From NCBI GenBank assembly GCA_001643675.2, contig LSRY02000001.1, positions 496,001 to 560,000 of the forward strand: a stretch of DNA of 64,000 nucleotides. Reading direction: 5' to 3'. This stretch comes from Monocercomonoides exilis PA203 (lineage: Eukaryota; Protista; Preaxostyla). The notes under the pieces were generated by a model. That model ran no database searches, was not told the DNA's origin, and worked only from the letters and a program-made list of their open reading frames with translations. Both the position numbers and the translations under genes were made by a program. This document shows positions 28,777-41,458 of this stretch, one piece after another. The first letter of the stretch is position 1; each line of letters opens with the position of its first letter.

Positions 28777-29685
28777 AGAAGATATAGAGGAAGCGGTAGA
28801 TGGACAGGCAGCAGAAGGAGCAGAACCAAGAGTACGAATGTGAGGAGAAGATGAAGAAGAAGCAGAAGAAGATGATGATGAAACAGATGAAGACGATAAA
28901 GTCGGCGATCCAACTGATGTTGCGAGATAAGCCGAAGATGCCAGCGCCACTGCAGCTGATGAAGGGAGGTAATAATTATCACCCGAAAGAGGAAAATTCG
29001 CTGCCTGCTGTTGAGCCTGGGCCTGTGATTGGATCTGTGACTGTATTTGTGACTGTATTTGTGATTGGATCTCCACCTCAGCCATCGCCAGCGCCTCCCC
29101 CTGCCTCAGCTGTGCGTGCCACTCCATCTTCTCCTTGTTCAGCTTCTCGCTGATCTCTGCTAATCTTGTGAAGGACGCTGGAAAGAGTGGAATCGTTGGC
29201 TCTCCAAATGAACCATCGCCATCCTCGTTGTACTCGTTGTATTCATTTCCTTCTTCTCTGTTACTGCCTTCATTGAAATTTTTCCCTTCTTTTCTTTCTT
29301 TTCCTCCTTTTCCTTCTTTTCTTCCACTTCTTCCATTGTCTTCATCATTTCTTCCATTGTTTCCTCCATTTCCTCCATTTTTATTGTCCGAAGCAAGAAA
29401 TATCTCAAACGTTTCCTCGGGTGACTGCATCCACAGCGGCGAAAACGACATCATTTCGCTTCGAAAGGCAAAGCAGCGTTTTTCTGTCTCAAACAGCTCT
29501 GTCGACAGCTGGGCAGCAATATCGCCCATGTCTGTTAGGTCGTCCAAGTTCACCATGTCTGAGAGCTTCTCCATTGTTGTGTCGAGCAGGCCGATGAGGT
29601 TGATGTCATCAGACTGGTAGATGTCGGGGGAGAGGGAGGGGGAAAGAGAGGGAGAAGGGGAGGGAGAAGGAGGAGGGTTGGAAGG

Positions 29686-29718
<33 letters not shown>

Positions 29719-32700
29719 AGAAGAGAGGGGAAGGTGAGGGCTGTGAGGGCTGTGGGGTTTGTGATGAATGGGAAGATTAGCATTGGAATTGTTATTGGTG
29801 TTGTTGATGATGGTATTTGTAAGTGTGTTCGTGTTCGTGCGCAGTTGAGGCAAAGGTGATTTTGGGCTGATTGGAGGAGAAGCAGATAAAGTGGATGAGA
29901 TGGCAGGAGAGATAGAAGAGGAAGAAGAAGAAGAAGAAGATGATGATGATGATGATGACAAAGAAGAAGAAGAAGGAGGAGGTGCAGGATATGTGGATGA
30001 TGTTGGATATGTTGCTGTTAAATGAGCTGTTCTTTCTTGAATGCGCTGGAGTTGGGTCTGGTTGGAAGAGTTTTGCAAGGAAGAAGAATAAGAAGAAGAA
30101 GAAGCTGAAGAAGCAGCAGAAGAAGAAGATGAAACAGAAGGAGAAGAAACAGAAGAGATGGAAGATAACTGTCCACTCCCAGGTGATCCTAACATTGCTG
30201 CTTTGTCATATACACCAGCTGAAGACGCAGAAGAAGATATCGAAAGTGAAGTCGAAGAAGAAGAAGAAGAAGAAGAAGAAGAAGAATTAGCTGATGTTAT
30301 TGTTGAGCCATTTCCAGAAGACAAACTCGATGGCAAGCTAATCTTCATCCCAAACCTCAGCCTCTTCTCCACAATCACCAGGGGAACTTGAATAAGCGGC
30401 TGGTGCGACCTTATCCTCAGGAGGAAGTTTGTCAGTGTCACGTTCACGATCTCCCTCTCGGCGTTCTTCAGTTTTTCGTTCAGCTTCGCAAAGAAAGCCG
30501 AAATAGCGTCTTCGTCTGTCTCTTCCCTCACAAGCATCGCATGCACGTTCTGTTTGATCTGCTCCATCCGCTGCACAAACAGCCGACGCTCGTCGATCAT
30601 CTTCGCCATCGTCGCCTTCAGATACGACTGGAACGCATCTTCTGTCTGCAGTGCGGCAGGCAGTTGCAGTGCCAGTGCTTTCTTCATTCCATTTAGTTCA
30701 TTCTTGAACGATGCTTTGCTCGCCTTCAGCATGTTTAGCTTCTTCACCAGCGCCTCAAACGTCTCCAGACACAGTGAAACGAACGAGCCGATGGAAGTGT
30801 CGCGCCACACGACAGAAGAAAGCCCTTTGCTCACACAAATCTCCACTGCCTCCACTTTTGCCCCCAAGCAGCGCTGCACAAGCGGCTTCACTGTCTGGTG
30901 GAAGTGGCGATACTGCGACAAGAAGAAGTCCAGCTTCTGTCTGTATTCGAGCAGCGTGCTCATTGCTTTGGCATTGGTCTCTGCATGTTGAGACACCTGT
31001 GTGTTGAACGACTTGGCCACTTGAAATTGGATGACCAATGAAACATACTCGTGAAGAAGCACGACTGTTGTGTCTGGGCGGTTTGGCACAAGGCGGGTGA
31101 AGACAGGCGCGCCGAACTGGTCTTGGCGGAAGATCTCGAAGCGGGAGAGCCACAAGGCAAGGCGCTTGTTGAAAGTATGTGTGATTGTTGAGTGGAGCTG
31201 GGCGCAGCGGCGGTGGAAGGCGATGAGGGTGTCGATGAAGAAGACGAAACGGGCGAGGGATTCGTCAGAGACGAGGGTGAGGGGGTCTTGTGTGGAAGAG
31301 GAGGAGGAAGAGGAAGAAGAAGGAGTTTGGGGAGAAGAAGAGGAAAAAGAAGATGATGTGGAGTAGGTTGTGAGTGCAGTAACAGAAATAGGAGGGGAGT
31401 GATTTTCAACGAAAGATGAAACAGATGAAGAGGAAGAAGAAGATGATGATGATGAGGCAGAAGAGTAAGCAGAAGAAGGAGAAGTTAAATGATTGTGCTC
31501 TGAAAGGATGTTATTATATGAGGAATGATCAATCATGTCACTGGACAGTGGAAAAGGAATTTGCGACGCTGTAGAAGAAGAAGAAGATGATGATGATGAT
31601 GATGATGATGATGGGTTCGAATAAAAAACTGCTTCGTTTGAAACTCCGAAGGGAGCAATGAATGACTCTGAAGTGGAAGCAGAGAAAGAAGAGGTTGGCG
31701 TGGCTGGGATGCTGCTCATGGGCAGCGCCGCAGACGAGAAGGAAGGTGTCAGCTGCTGCAGTTTGTTAGAAGAGCTTGTGGAATATGCAGAAGTGGGTGT
31801 TGTTGTTGCCACTGGGGCTGAACTGAAACAAACTTCTTTTCTCTTCTGCTGCGCCTGCTGCTGTCCATCGTGGCGTATTTCTCCGTCCTTTTTACTCTTT
31901 TGCGCAGTAGAATTTCTCCGAAGCACCGTCTGCATGTAGTGCTTCATGTACACCTGCGGGTAGCGTATGGACTCCAGCACATTAAGCACAGACTCGATCT
32001 TCTCGATTATCACCACGAAGAAGCGCATCGCAATGATCTGCGAAAAGTCCGCGGAGAAATGCGGAATGACAGGCACCTCATACAAAATGAAGCGGTAGTC
32101 TGCGAGCACTCTGCGGTACACCCTGTTCATCAGCTGCATGATGATGTGCTGCCTCCTCAGCACACACGTCAGCACTGCTGGGTCGCTCAGGAGAAATCCC
32201 AATGCACATATTGTCCGTGCCAGCTGGAAGAGAGTGGAAGTCGACTCCACTGCAATCAGGAAGATGAACGACAGGCTCTGCGCTGTGTCGCTTAGGCCAG
32301 ACGCAATCACTGCCCCGCTCTGCTTCGTCAGGCAGCTGTCGAACAGGTCGTGGCCGCGGGTCATCTGAAGAGCAGAAGAGGAAGAAATGGCATTGATGTT
32401 GTTATTGTTGCTATTGTTGTTCCCACTTCCATTGCCACTTCCAGGAGGGCGATTAATGTGCAGAGTGTTGTTCATTTCGTCCCGGCTTCTTTGAATGTCC
32501 GGTTGCTTCTCTTCTTTTCCTCTTCTCTCATCTCTTCCTTTTCTTCTTTCTCTTTCTTCTCTTCTTTCTCCACTTTCTCTTCCTTCTCTGCTGTTCCCGC
32601 TTCTTCTCCCTTTTCTTTTATCTGCTCCATCTCCCGCATTCACATTACTCTGTCGTGAACTGCCACTGCTTCTCCCACGATTACCAGAAGCACCAGAACC

Positions 32701-35411
32701 AGAGCCAAAAGAAGACGACATCGCTGCATTCACCCTACCACCAGCCCCCGCCCCAACTCCTGAAAAAGAAGAAGAAGAAGAAGATCCTCTTCCCCGTGTG
32801 TGGAACGACTTGTGAGGTGTCCATCTGAATGATCGCACCTGGTGATAGAATTCGCTGTGCAGGTGCGACAGCTGCAGCGTGGCACGCACGCCTGCCTCAC
32901 CAGGCAACGACACATCGCCAAAGGCAGAGGCAAGGCTGATGCAGTCGAGCAGCCGAAACACAATCGCACACTGCCTTTCAAACACCGAAAAGGGCGCAAG
33001 AACGGTTGGGATGTCGGCGCTGTAGTGGCTCGGCACATGCACAGGGAGTGTGGTTGCGAAGGAGAGCTGGCTGAGCAAGGCATCGAAGTTGTGGTGGCTG
33101 CTGCTGAGGCTGCGGTTGTGGCTGTGATTGTGGTGGTTGTTGTGAGTGTTGATGCTGTTGATGCTGTTAATACTGCTGCGACTGCTATTGCCTCCACTAC
33201 CACTACTACTTCCACTGCCACTGCTGCTGTTTTCATAGGCAGAAAGCAGAGGATGACTCAGTTGTGGATTGGAAAGAGTCTGAGAATGAGAAGAAAGAAC
33301 AGAATTGAGTGAGTGAAGAGACTGCTGTGTCTGTTGTGTCTGCTGTGTCTGCTGTGTCTGCTGTGGTGATGATATCTGAGATTGTGACACCTGTGGCTGC
33401 AATTGAGAGTGTAACTGTTGTGTTTGTGATTGAAGCGGCTGTTGTTGCTGCTGTTGTTGTTGTTGTGGTTGTGGTTGTTGTGGCTGCTGCAAACGCACTG
33501 TGAAGTATGAGCTCGGGTTCAAATGCATAGTGCTCCCTTGCTCCTGCGGCGTCTCCGGGATGGTGCTGACAGTCTGGCTGCGGAAGAGCGAAGGGGTCGA
33601 AGGCGGAGAAGTGGCTGGCACAGACAGGTCGGAGTCCATCAGCTGGATCTGCAGGTTGTGCAGCAGCGGTTGTTGATACGACTGTTGATGCTGTTGATGC
33701 TGCTGCTGCTGATGTTGAAGCTGAAGCTGAAACTGTTGCAATTGTTGGTGTTGTAACTGTTGTTGTTGTTGTTGTTGAAACGTTCCCTGTGTGAATTGCA
33801 TGTGGGCCGCATCACCTCTGTTCAATGCAGCGTCTGCTGATGTTGTCTGGCGCTGCAGCTGGATGAGGATGGTCTGCTTGAACAGCCGCATCGCTTCGAG
33901 CGCGCCGTGCACGCGGAACGCCATTTGCGGGTCTTCGAAGACGGAGCGGCGGGCGTGGGGGTTCTGTTTGGATAAGGACGGGGCAGAAGAAAGGGGAGGA
34001 GGTGCGTGCTTGGATGATGATGATGATGATGATGCAGATGCAGATGATGACGAAGATGGTGCAATTGGAGAAGTTATTATGTTTTGCTGTTGTTGTCTGC
34101 TTTTCAGCTGGCTTTGTGGTTCGCTGGTTATAGCAGGCAAACCTGTAATATCTGCAGAAGAAGAGGATGAAGAAGAAGAAGAAGAAGTGTTCGAAGATGA
34201 AGCATTATTTCCTTCTCTGCCTTCTGCCTGCTCGCCAGGAAGCTCTCCCATGATGTGGTCTTTTGCCTTATTGAGATACTCGTCGATGAAGATTTCCAGC
34301 ATCGGATGGATGCTGACGGAGCTGCCGATAAATGCACAGATGGAGAAATACAGCCGCACAAACAAATGTGCATCCTTTTGGGACTCTGGAAACTTTGATA
34401 CGGGAGCATCCAAAAATCGGTAGAGAAAGACAGACACAACTTTCAGAGCTTCGCTGTTCGCTTTAGAAATTTCGTAGGATTGAATCACTTTTCGCATTAA
34501 TTTTTGTATTCGATTTGATCTGTCTTCGTCAAGTTTATCAATTGGAAAATGTTGTAAATTTCTAAGTGTTTCCTTTAAAACAGAAGTTCTTCGAATCCAG
34601 TAATTAACATATTCTCGTGCCTCATTTAATTCTCTTAGCTCTTTCAAAGAAGGAGGAGTAATTAAACGCTCCAACAAAGCAATCTGTTCATCAATTCTTT
34701 GAAAGGGATGAGGAGATAACAAAAGCCCATGCTTGAAGAGAACAATCATTTTTCCCTAAATAAAAGCAAACATTCAAAAAAACATTTAATTTTAACACAA
34801 AGTTCGAAAAACAAAAGAATCATTAAAACCTTTGATAAATCCTCCTCATCTTCTAAATCAATAATCAGGCGTTCCGTTTCTGAGACAAGTTGGGAATGTG
34901 TTGCATTATAAAATTTTGCAGTTGACTTTGATAGTGCGGAAGAATCTTCTTGAAGCATTCGTTCATGAAAAAATTGTTGTTCCTTGAATGAAGGAAGGGC
35001 AATATTTGCCAAGAAATGCTTTAAATAAGCTGCAGGTTTTTCAGAATGAAAGGAAATTTGTGTTCTCTCGAGTAGTGTGTCTTTTGACAAAGTAGACGCT
35101 TCTAGTTTCATGAAAGAAAGAATATATTCTTTATCTGAATTTGGATAAAGTCGATGAACTTCAAGGGGTGGTGGATCATTTGCAATAAATATCTTTGTCT
35201 GACTTTGTTGTCTAACAAAAAATAAAGATCTGCAAAGCGGGTCGTCAATAAATAAATCAACCGGATCACTATCATTAAGATTTGGAGCAATATCAAATAT
35301 AAAATCTGTAGGAATTTGAAATAATTTGGTCGCAATCATATTAATTTCCGCCCTAGTCGCATGATGTTTTTTTATCTCTGCTTCTGTAGCACGTAAAACA
35401 GAGATTGACAT
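7708..35411 (-). CDS. Giant divergent dynein heavy chain-like protein (~9,209 aa; exon 1 35411-34830, intron 34829-34756, exon 2 34755-7708)
   Basis: Dynein-like motifs occur in the expected order: N2 (LIKQAPVQEMHWEEL), YGYEW, AAA1 core (DIAHASGKNLYVFEC..HWVLF), AAA2 P-loop GPPGSGKS, YAVVWGTAG, LWRWECERVY, stalk (STARLLFRW, VLGDAMF), RCPLIFD, NPVPSWLP..W, FQRLLLIAVVNPGR and GGWIVVEGLYLA. A phase-0 GT..AG intron of 74 nt joins the two ORFs. Confidence 0.85.
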
Positions 35412-38048
35412 TTGGGCTTGATCTGGACCATCCTATCTATTTGGGACAAATGTTTTTTTTTAATTTCCGATTTTGTTTATTGGGGAAATGTTTTAATGTT
35501 TAGCGTCATTAAAATTGAAATACTTTTTAGTTTTTAAATAGAAAATTATTTGAATTATTTGAATTATCACTACTGTTATTATTTTATGCAACTTTTTCTT
35601 TTTTATTAAATTTTTTTGCGTTATTTGAATGTTGTTACAAATGTGATTGGAACTATAAATTGAAAAATGTTTCTTTTAGGAAAGATTATATTTTCATTTG
35701 TCGCATATGAACATATATGTTGTTTCTAAAAGAATTTAACAAATTAAAAATTTGGTTTTTTGAATCAAAAATTTTTCCTCAATATCGTGAGCAATTTTTC
35801 CTTTATTCGTTTTCTATTTGGAAATTCTTTAAAAAGATATTCTTCTTGTTGGTCAAATTAATTCAACTTTTTAAATATGTTGTGAAAACAGTTGTGATAC
35901 GAAATTTTTTTGTTTGAATCTTGTTGTTTGAAATAAGAAATTTTGTGAAATTGCAATGCTTTACCATGGCCTCTAATGAATAATCTTTTCTTGAAGGAGT
36001 TATTGGAGAATAATCATCATCTTTCAATATTACTAATATTGAAAAGGCTAAAAACGAATTGAATTCAATTAGAAAAGCAAATTTGTAATTGATCGTATCG
36101 TTACTTTTTTGAGTACTTGCATGAGTGAAAATTGTGTCAGAAATGTAGATTAATAACGATAAAGAAGAATTTGTTTGAGTGGTAATGAAATTATGTGACT
36201 CATCTTCAGTAAATGAACCATATGAGCCTTCGCATCGCACTGTTTTAGAACGTATTGCGATATCATTTGCGCTTCATTATGGCTACCTTTCTTATTATTC
36301 AATGGGTGCAGCAATAGTGAAGGAACATGAAATTGATGAAATCAATCCTGAATATTCAAATGAGAAGAGGAATTGCAGGTATCCATTACTGCTATTATCA
36401 ATATTTGATGGTTAGGAAAGCAGCTTGAAGATATTTATGAAATGGAAAGCTCATGAATGGTTGAAATAAGCAAATAGTCACACAACAAAGAAGACAGTTG
36501 GGTTTTGGTCCATGATGATGTGGTGATGTTCGAAGCAATGTGTATCTCATTTTGCGGGAATATTCTTCACCAGTTGCCAGTTATTCCTTTTAAAAGTATA
36601 AAGGACTCATATGAAATTATTTCATTTACGGACTTGAAGAGAGAGAAAATGATACAAGAAATATCTATGAAACGATAAGCATTTTGATTGTTTTGAGATT
36701 AGATAAGGTAAGAGCAGAAGATAGGGGTACCTAAAAATCTTAAACCTAATCATTCATCCTGCATAATAATCAAGCCACATGCTATTTATAAGATAAATAA
36801 TAACAATTTTTTAGGTTTGGAGAAAAATTAGAGTGTATCAATGAATAAATCATGAAAAAAAGAAACCCAAAATATTAGCAAAAAAAATAATTTTGTAGCA
36901 TCATGGTTATCCACAACTTCAAAATCTTCTTTAAATGCAACACCATTGAAAAGCATGATATTACGTCCTGTTTCTAGGTATTTGACAGTAATAATTTAAT
37001 TTTTCCTTTTCATATCAATATTATTAAATGGAACAAAATATAAAAAAACTTGAAAATAAATCGGAATATGAAATGTTTGTGCCATTTTTCCTTCATAATT
37101 TTCTTATTTGATATGTAACTTATATGAAACACATGAATAAATGTGAATATCATTTTTATTACAAAATATTGCAAAACAATGAAAAAACTTTGGTACCACT
37201 ATTTTCTGCATTTACCTTCGATAATAATAAAATAATGGAATCAATATGCATTAACTTTTTAATTCATTTCATACTTAATGGCGTTAAACCATAATGCCGA
37301 ATAGCAACTGGAAAAAACAGACTATTGATATCCTCTTTTCTCAGGATGAAATGAATGGAGTAATACATAAGTATTAGAAACATATGCAAATATTTTTGAA
37401 ACTTGTTTTATACATCATTTGCTTAGAAATTGTTTATCAAATAAAATCTACAAATATTTAATGATACAAGAAAATATATCGTTTATTCTCCCACAAATCA
37501 CAATAAATTCGTTATTTTCATGCGCATCGTTAAATCTTATTGATATCTTCACTCTTCCACAAGTTTCACTTTTTCTTCAAATCCACATGATCTCTCATTT
37601 CTTCAATTCATAAATGCTTCTCTCATTAATTACTGCTCAGATGCAATCTATTCTTTCAAATTTCTTTCATTGAAAAAGTAATTTGTCAAAAGTTTCATGG
37701 AATATCGAAAAATAAATTGATTTTGAGATAATGATAGTGAGATCCATTTTGATTATGAAAACTGTAACAATAGACCTTGTTCTTCATGAACTTTCGCATC
37801 ATCAAAATTCATCGATAAAAAATATTAATCAATTGGAAAACTATTTATTCTGACGATGAAGCTTAAAGATCGATTTAACAAAATTATCATAATAACTTAC
37901 AAGATATTTGTTTTCTTCTTAAATTTTTCACTCTGTTCTACCAAAATCAAACAATAATTCACAATGATTTCGCAGTATTTACCAAATTAATATCTTTTTC
38001 ATTTAAAGACCTTTTCAATCAAAAAGAAAAAATTGATTATTTGCATGG

Positions 38049-38053
38049 AAAAA
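38049..38053 (-). terminator. Pol III oligo-T terminator of tRNA-Thr
   Basis: TTTTT on the minus strand, 3 nt after the discriminator base. Confidence 0.7.
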
Positions 38054-38056
38054 GGA

Positions 38057-38129
38057 AGCCTCAACGGAGAATCGAACTCCGGACCTCTTGCTTACTAGGC
38101 AAGCGCTCTGCCAACTAAGCCATTGAGGC
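38057..38129 (-). tRNA. trnT-AGT: tRNA-Thr (anticodon AGT)
   Basis: The minus strand reads GCCTCAATGGCTTAGTTGGCAGAGCGCTTGCCTAGTAAGCAAGAGGTCCGGAGTTCGATTCTCCGTTGAGGCT. This gives a 7-bp acceptor stem, anticodon arm CTTGC-CTAGTAA-GCAAG and T-loop GTTCGATTC. Confidence 0.97.
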
Positions 38130-38139
38130 TTTCGTCAGT

Positions 38140-40483
38140 TGACCTTTTCTGAATTTATCTGGTCAATTCGTATTGTTATTGCAAATTCGTATTTAATCAA
38201 TTATTTCCGTTTCGACTCAATCAAAACGGTTTTATGTCTATCTTTTTTGATCTTTAGAAAATTTTTAATATGTTTTTCATCTGATCATAATTTATCATAT
38301 CTTTATTATTTCTTATGAAATACAATGATCAAAGTATTGAAACGCTGGAATCAGTAATTATAATATATTAGCGACACATTTATGAAGTGTTTGATTATCA
38401 TCTTTCACTCTGATTCTGTGACATTTTTATCTCTAATGTTTACGTTTTTTGAAGATGTGAGAGTTTTATAATTTAAAAACGGAGTGAATATGTTTTCCCC
38501 ATATAACTCTGGAGCTTTCCATTTATTGTTAATTGCGATTTTTGTGTTTTTCACAAATAAATTTACATATCAATAATGTTTGTTAAGCTTTTTTATGAAA
38601 ACAACAAAACAAGAGTTTTTTCAATGACGAAATTTATTGTTTTTTTATTTTTAACAAGAAAAAAAATGAAAATTTTCAAAACTGTTCATTGTTATATGAT
38701 TTTTTGAGGTGTCTGAACAATACAGGAAAAATAATAATAATAAACAGTTCTAATGTTGACAATTCAGTAAAAACTGAAGGGGTGTTTGATTAGGTTTTCT
38801 GGTTGAATTTTGTGTTGAAGATGACGAAGCGGATGAGGAAGATGATGGAAGTGAAGGAAACTGTTGTGAGGAAGGTGGAAAAAGTGTGCTAACAGATTTC
38901 CATTGATTTGGGATAAACCATGACAAAGAATTATCGGAATTTTGAAGCTGAATGTTGTGCTCGTCCCTTCCCCTACTCAGTAAATCTGATCTCTGCTGCT
39001 CTCTTTGGATCATTACTTTCTCTTGTTCATTTTCTCTTCTTTCTTTGGCTTTTGACATTGCGTATGTCTCATCTGAGCTATCTAAAATAAAATAAAACAT
39101 AAATATGGGTAACGAGAAGGAAAAAAAAGTCAATAAATCAGAAAATAAATGCAATATGGGTATTTAAGTGTTCAAAAAACTTGTTGATTCTGCAGTTAAA
39201 GACGTAATTGTGGGAGTTAATGAATCTTTTGGATTAAGTTTATTTCTTAATCTGGCAAGGTATCTTTCATTTGCAAGGCTCTTTGCTTCCTGTTTTCGAA
39301 GATAATCGCTTATCATTCCATCCAAAAATCTTGAATTTGCTTGTGAGTCAATCGCAGTGAGTGGATTATGAAGAATATGAAAATTAGTTAGGCAGCAAGC
39401 CACATTGAAATAGTCAGCAATTCGATCAATTTCGAATATCCATGGTTTGCGAAAGATGGAGAAGAGTGTTTTCATCCTTCCAAAGAACCTTTCAACTATT
39501 ACACGATGGGAAGCAAGCTCCTGTGTGCCAACGGGCTTTGTTATGATAGCGTCAAGGTCTGGTCTGGCACCAATATATGCAGAATCAGCTAGAATTTTGG
39601 ATCCCTCCAGTTTTGATTCAAACAATGGATAATGCTCTTTGAATATAACATAGTCATGCGTGGAGCCTGAGTAAATAGCGCTAATGGTGCTTGCTGTGCC
39701 AACCTTTGGGTTAACGCCCACTTCTGCCTTGACACAGTAAATATGGTGTTTTCCACTAAAGAACTTTTTTCCATATTCCAATCGACCACCTGGTCGGTTA
39801 GTCGGAATCACAGTGCAATCAAGCACTATTCCAACATCCTTCATGCTCTCTATTCTGTCTTTGCGGAACGACAGAAAAAGATCGGCCAAAGGCGCTCGAA
39901 GCCGAGACACAATGGAATGAAGCAGTCTTACAGTCGCACTTTGAGAGTCGAGTTTTTTTGATGCAAGTATGTTTGTGAGGGTGCAAGAGCCGTGATGGAG
40001 AACATTCAAAAGCAAAAATAATTGCTCTTCCAGTGTGTTAATTGCTTTTGCCTTTCCCCGATGAGGAAGTGAATCATCTGGAAGCAGTCTTAGTAACATG
40101 TCAAATTCTGATCGCACAAAGCCCGTGAGTCGAAAGAATGCACGAGATGGGTCCTTCACATCTTTGCATGCACATTCGATAAGTGATAGGTTTTCTTTTC
40201 TTTTCGTTGATTCAAAATGTTCAGGTATTGCGTTTCTTCTTTCAACACATTCCAAAACATCCAAAAGTGGAGATTGTGACATCAAAAAATTTTTCAACAA
40301 TAAAAAAATTGATCAAACCCATATTTTTGAAAATATCTGAAGAAAGATCACAAACCCAGAATTTGTTAAATTGGTCGTGACTTAATCAAATCGGTTTTGA
40401 GTCGATCTTTTTGGTATTATGAACCACTTTTTGGTCTTAGTCGAAGCTAATACCGCATTACTTAATAATTTCGTTTTAGTTCT
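38140..40483 (-). mobile_element. Element E1 (2344 bp), putatively autonomous, nearest the tRNA
   Basis: Flanked by AGT/AGT, with imperfect TIRs, shared subterminal GACTCAATCAAA motifs and an intact transposase gene. Confidence 0.88.
38750..40282 (-). CDS. DDE_Tnp_4-type transposase of E1 (exons 40282-39181, 39081-38750), intact
   Basis: HTH_Tnp_4-like FFRLTGF..EFD, then LDCT..NRP, FSGKHH, GSTHD, LADSAYIG and RVIVERFFGRMK (D-D-E triad). A 99-nt phase-1 GT-AG intron precedes the C-terminal exon. Confidence 0.9.
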
Positions 40484-40486
40484 AGT

Positions 40487-41455
40487 AGAACTTGATTGAT
40501 TTGACTGAGTCGCGAAAATGTGACTCAGTCAAATCGATTTATGTCTGGTTTATTGAATTTCTCTATTTTTTATCGAATTTCCCTCAATCTTAAGAAGGGC
40601 GAAAATGTGATTTTTATGATCACAAAACGTGATCGAGCATTTTTTTGTTTTGTTTATATTTTGACCTGTAAAATCATGTTGATGTTTATTTTTTGATATG
40701 TTGCTATTTAATTTGTGTTTATTCAATATTTATCTCATTTTTTGGTGTTTTAAAAGTTTGATTCAGCTTTTTGATAATTTCACATTTTTGTTATTGCGAC
40801 TTTGTTATCAACTTTTTTGATTGAAATCGATACAAAACTTTTTGTATTTAATATGATAAACGTTTGCACATACGATTTATTTGAGTTTTTTTTGTTTATG
40901 AAAATATTTTTAACATTTTGTTTTTTTAAATGTGCATCATGTTTTGAACTGAATTGTTTTATGTTGTTTTGATTACTTGTTTAACAAATAAAAAAAGAAA
41001 GATGTTGCAAGCATTGTTCTTTTGAAATTTCATTCATTTCAAATTTTTTGAAAAGTTATAATAAAAACAAAATATTTTTGTTAAGAGTAATTCTTAGTTC
41101 GCGATAATCACATAAATAGTTTTTATTTAATGTGACAATACTTTCTGATAATTTCAAATTTATTAAAAAGGTTAAACTCAAAATTATTTATGTTTTTTTG
41201 AAACTTTTATAAAAATTTCATATAATTTTTTATAAAAACAATTATAAATGAATTTTATTCAGCTTTCTGAAAGAAAAAACAAAGTTTTAACAAGAAATAT
41301 TTTTTGTTTAAATTAGGATCAGGAGACCCAGAATTGAAAACATCGGATGCGACTGAGTCACATCCAATTTGACTGCATCTTAATGGCATTAGATCGATCT
41401 TATTGGATGTTGACCGATCTAATGCCACTTGACGCAGTCAAATCAATCAAGTTCT
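40487..41455. mobile_element. Non-autonomous element M1 (969 bp)
   Basis: Perfect 21-bp TIR AGAACTTGATTGATTTGACTG...CAGTCAAATCAATCAAGTTCT, AGT flanks, no significant ORF. Confidence 0.9.
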
Positions 41456-41458
41456 AGT

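Noticed and set aside
7714-34911. Numerous antisense and alternative-frame ORFs (poly-Glu, poly-Lys, poly-Leu) overlapping the giant gene
   Set aside because: They are shadow ORFs produced by poly-Ser codon tracts and GC-rich codon usage, with no independent domain signal.
35863-37900. Coding-like remnants between the dynein gene and the tRNA
   Set aside because: Short and stop-riddled, with no recognisable family. Probably a decayed pseudogene that cannot be called.
40484-40486. Alternative boundary: elements ending ..TCTA and starting T(A/T)GA.. with a 1-bp spacer
   Set aside because: Not strictly excluded, but both outermost junctions also retain the full AGT/ATT triplet, and 3-bp TSDs are the norm for PIF/Harbinger-type transposases.
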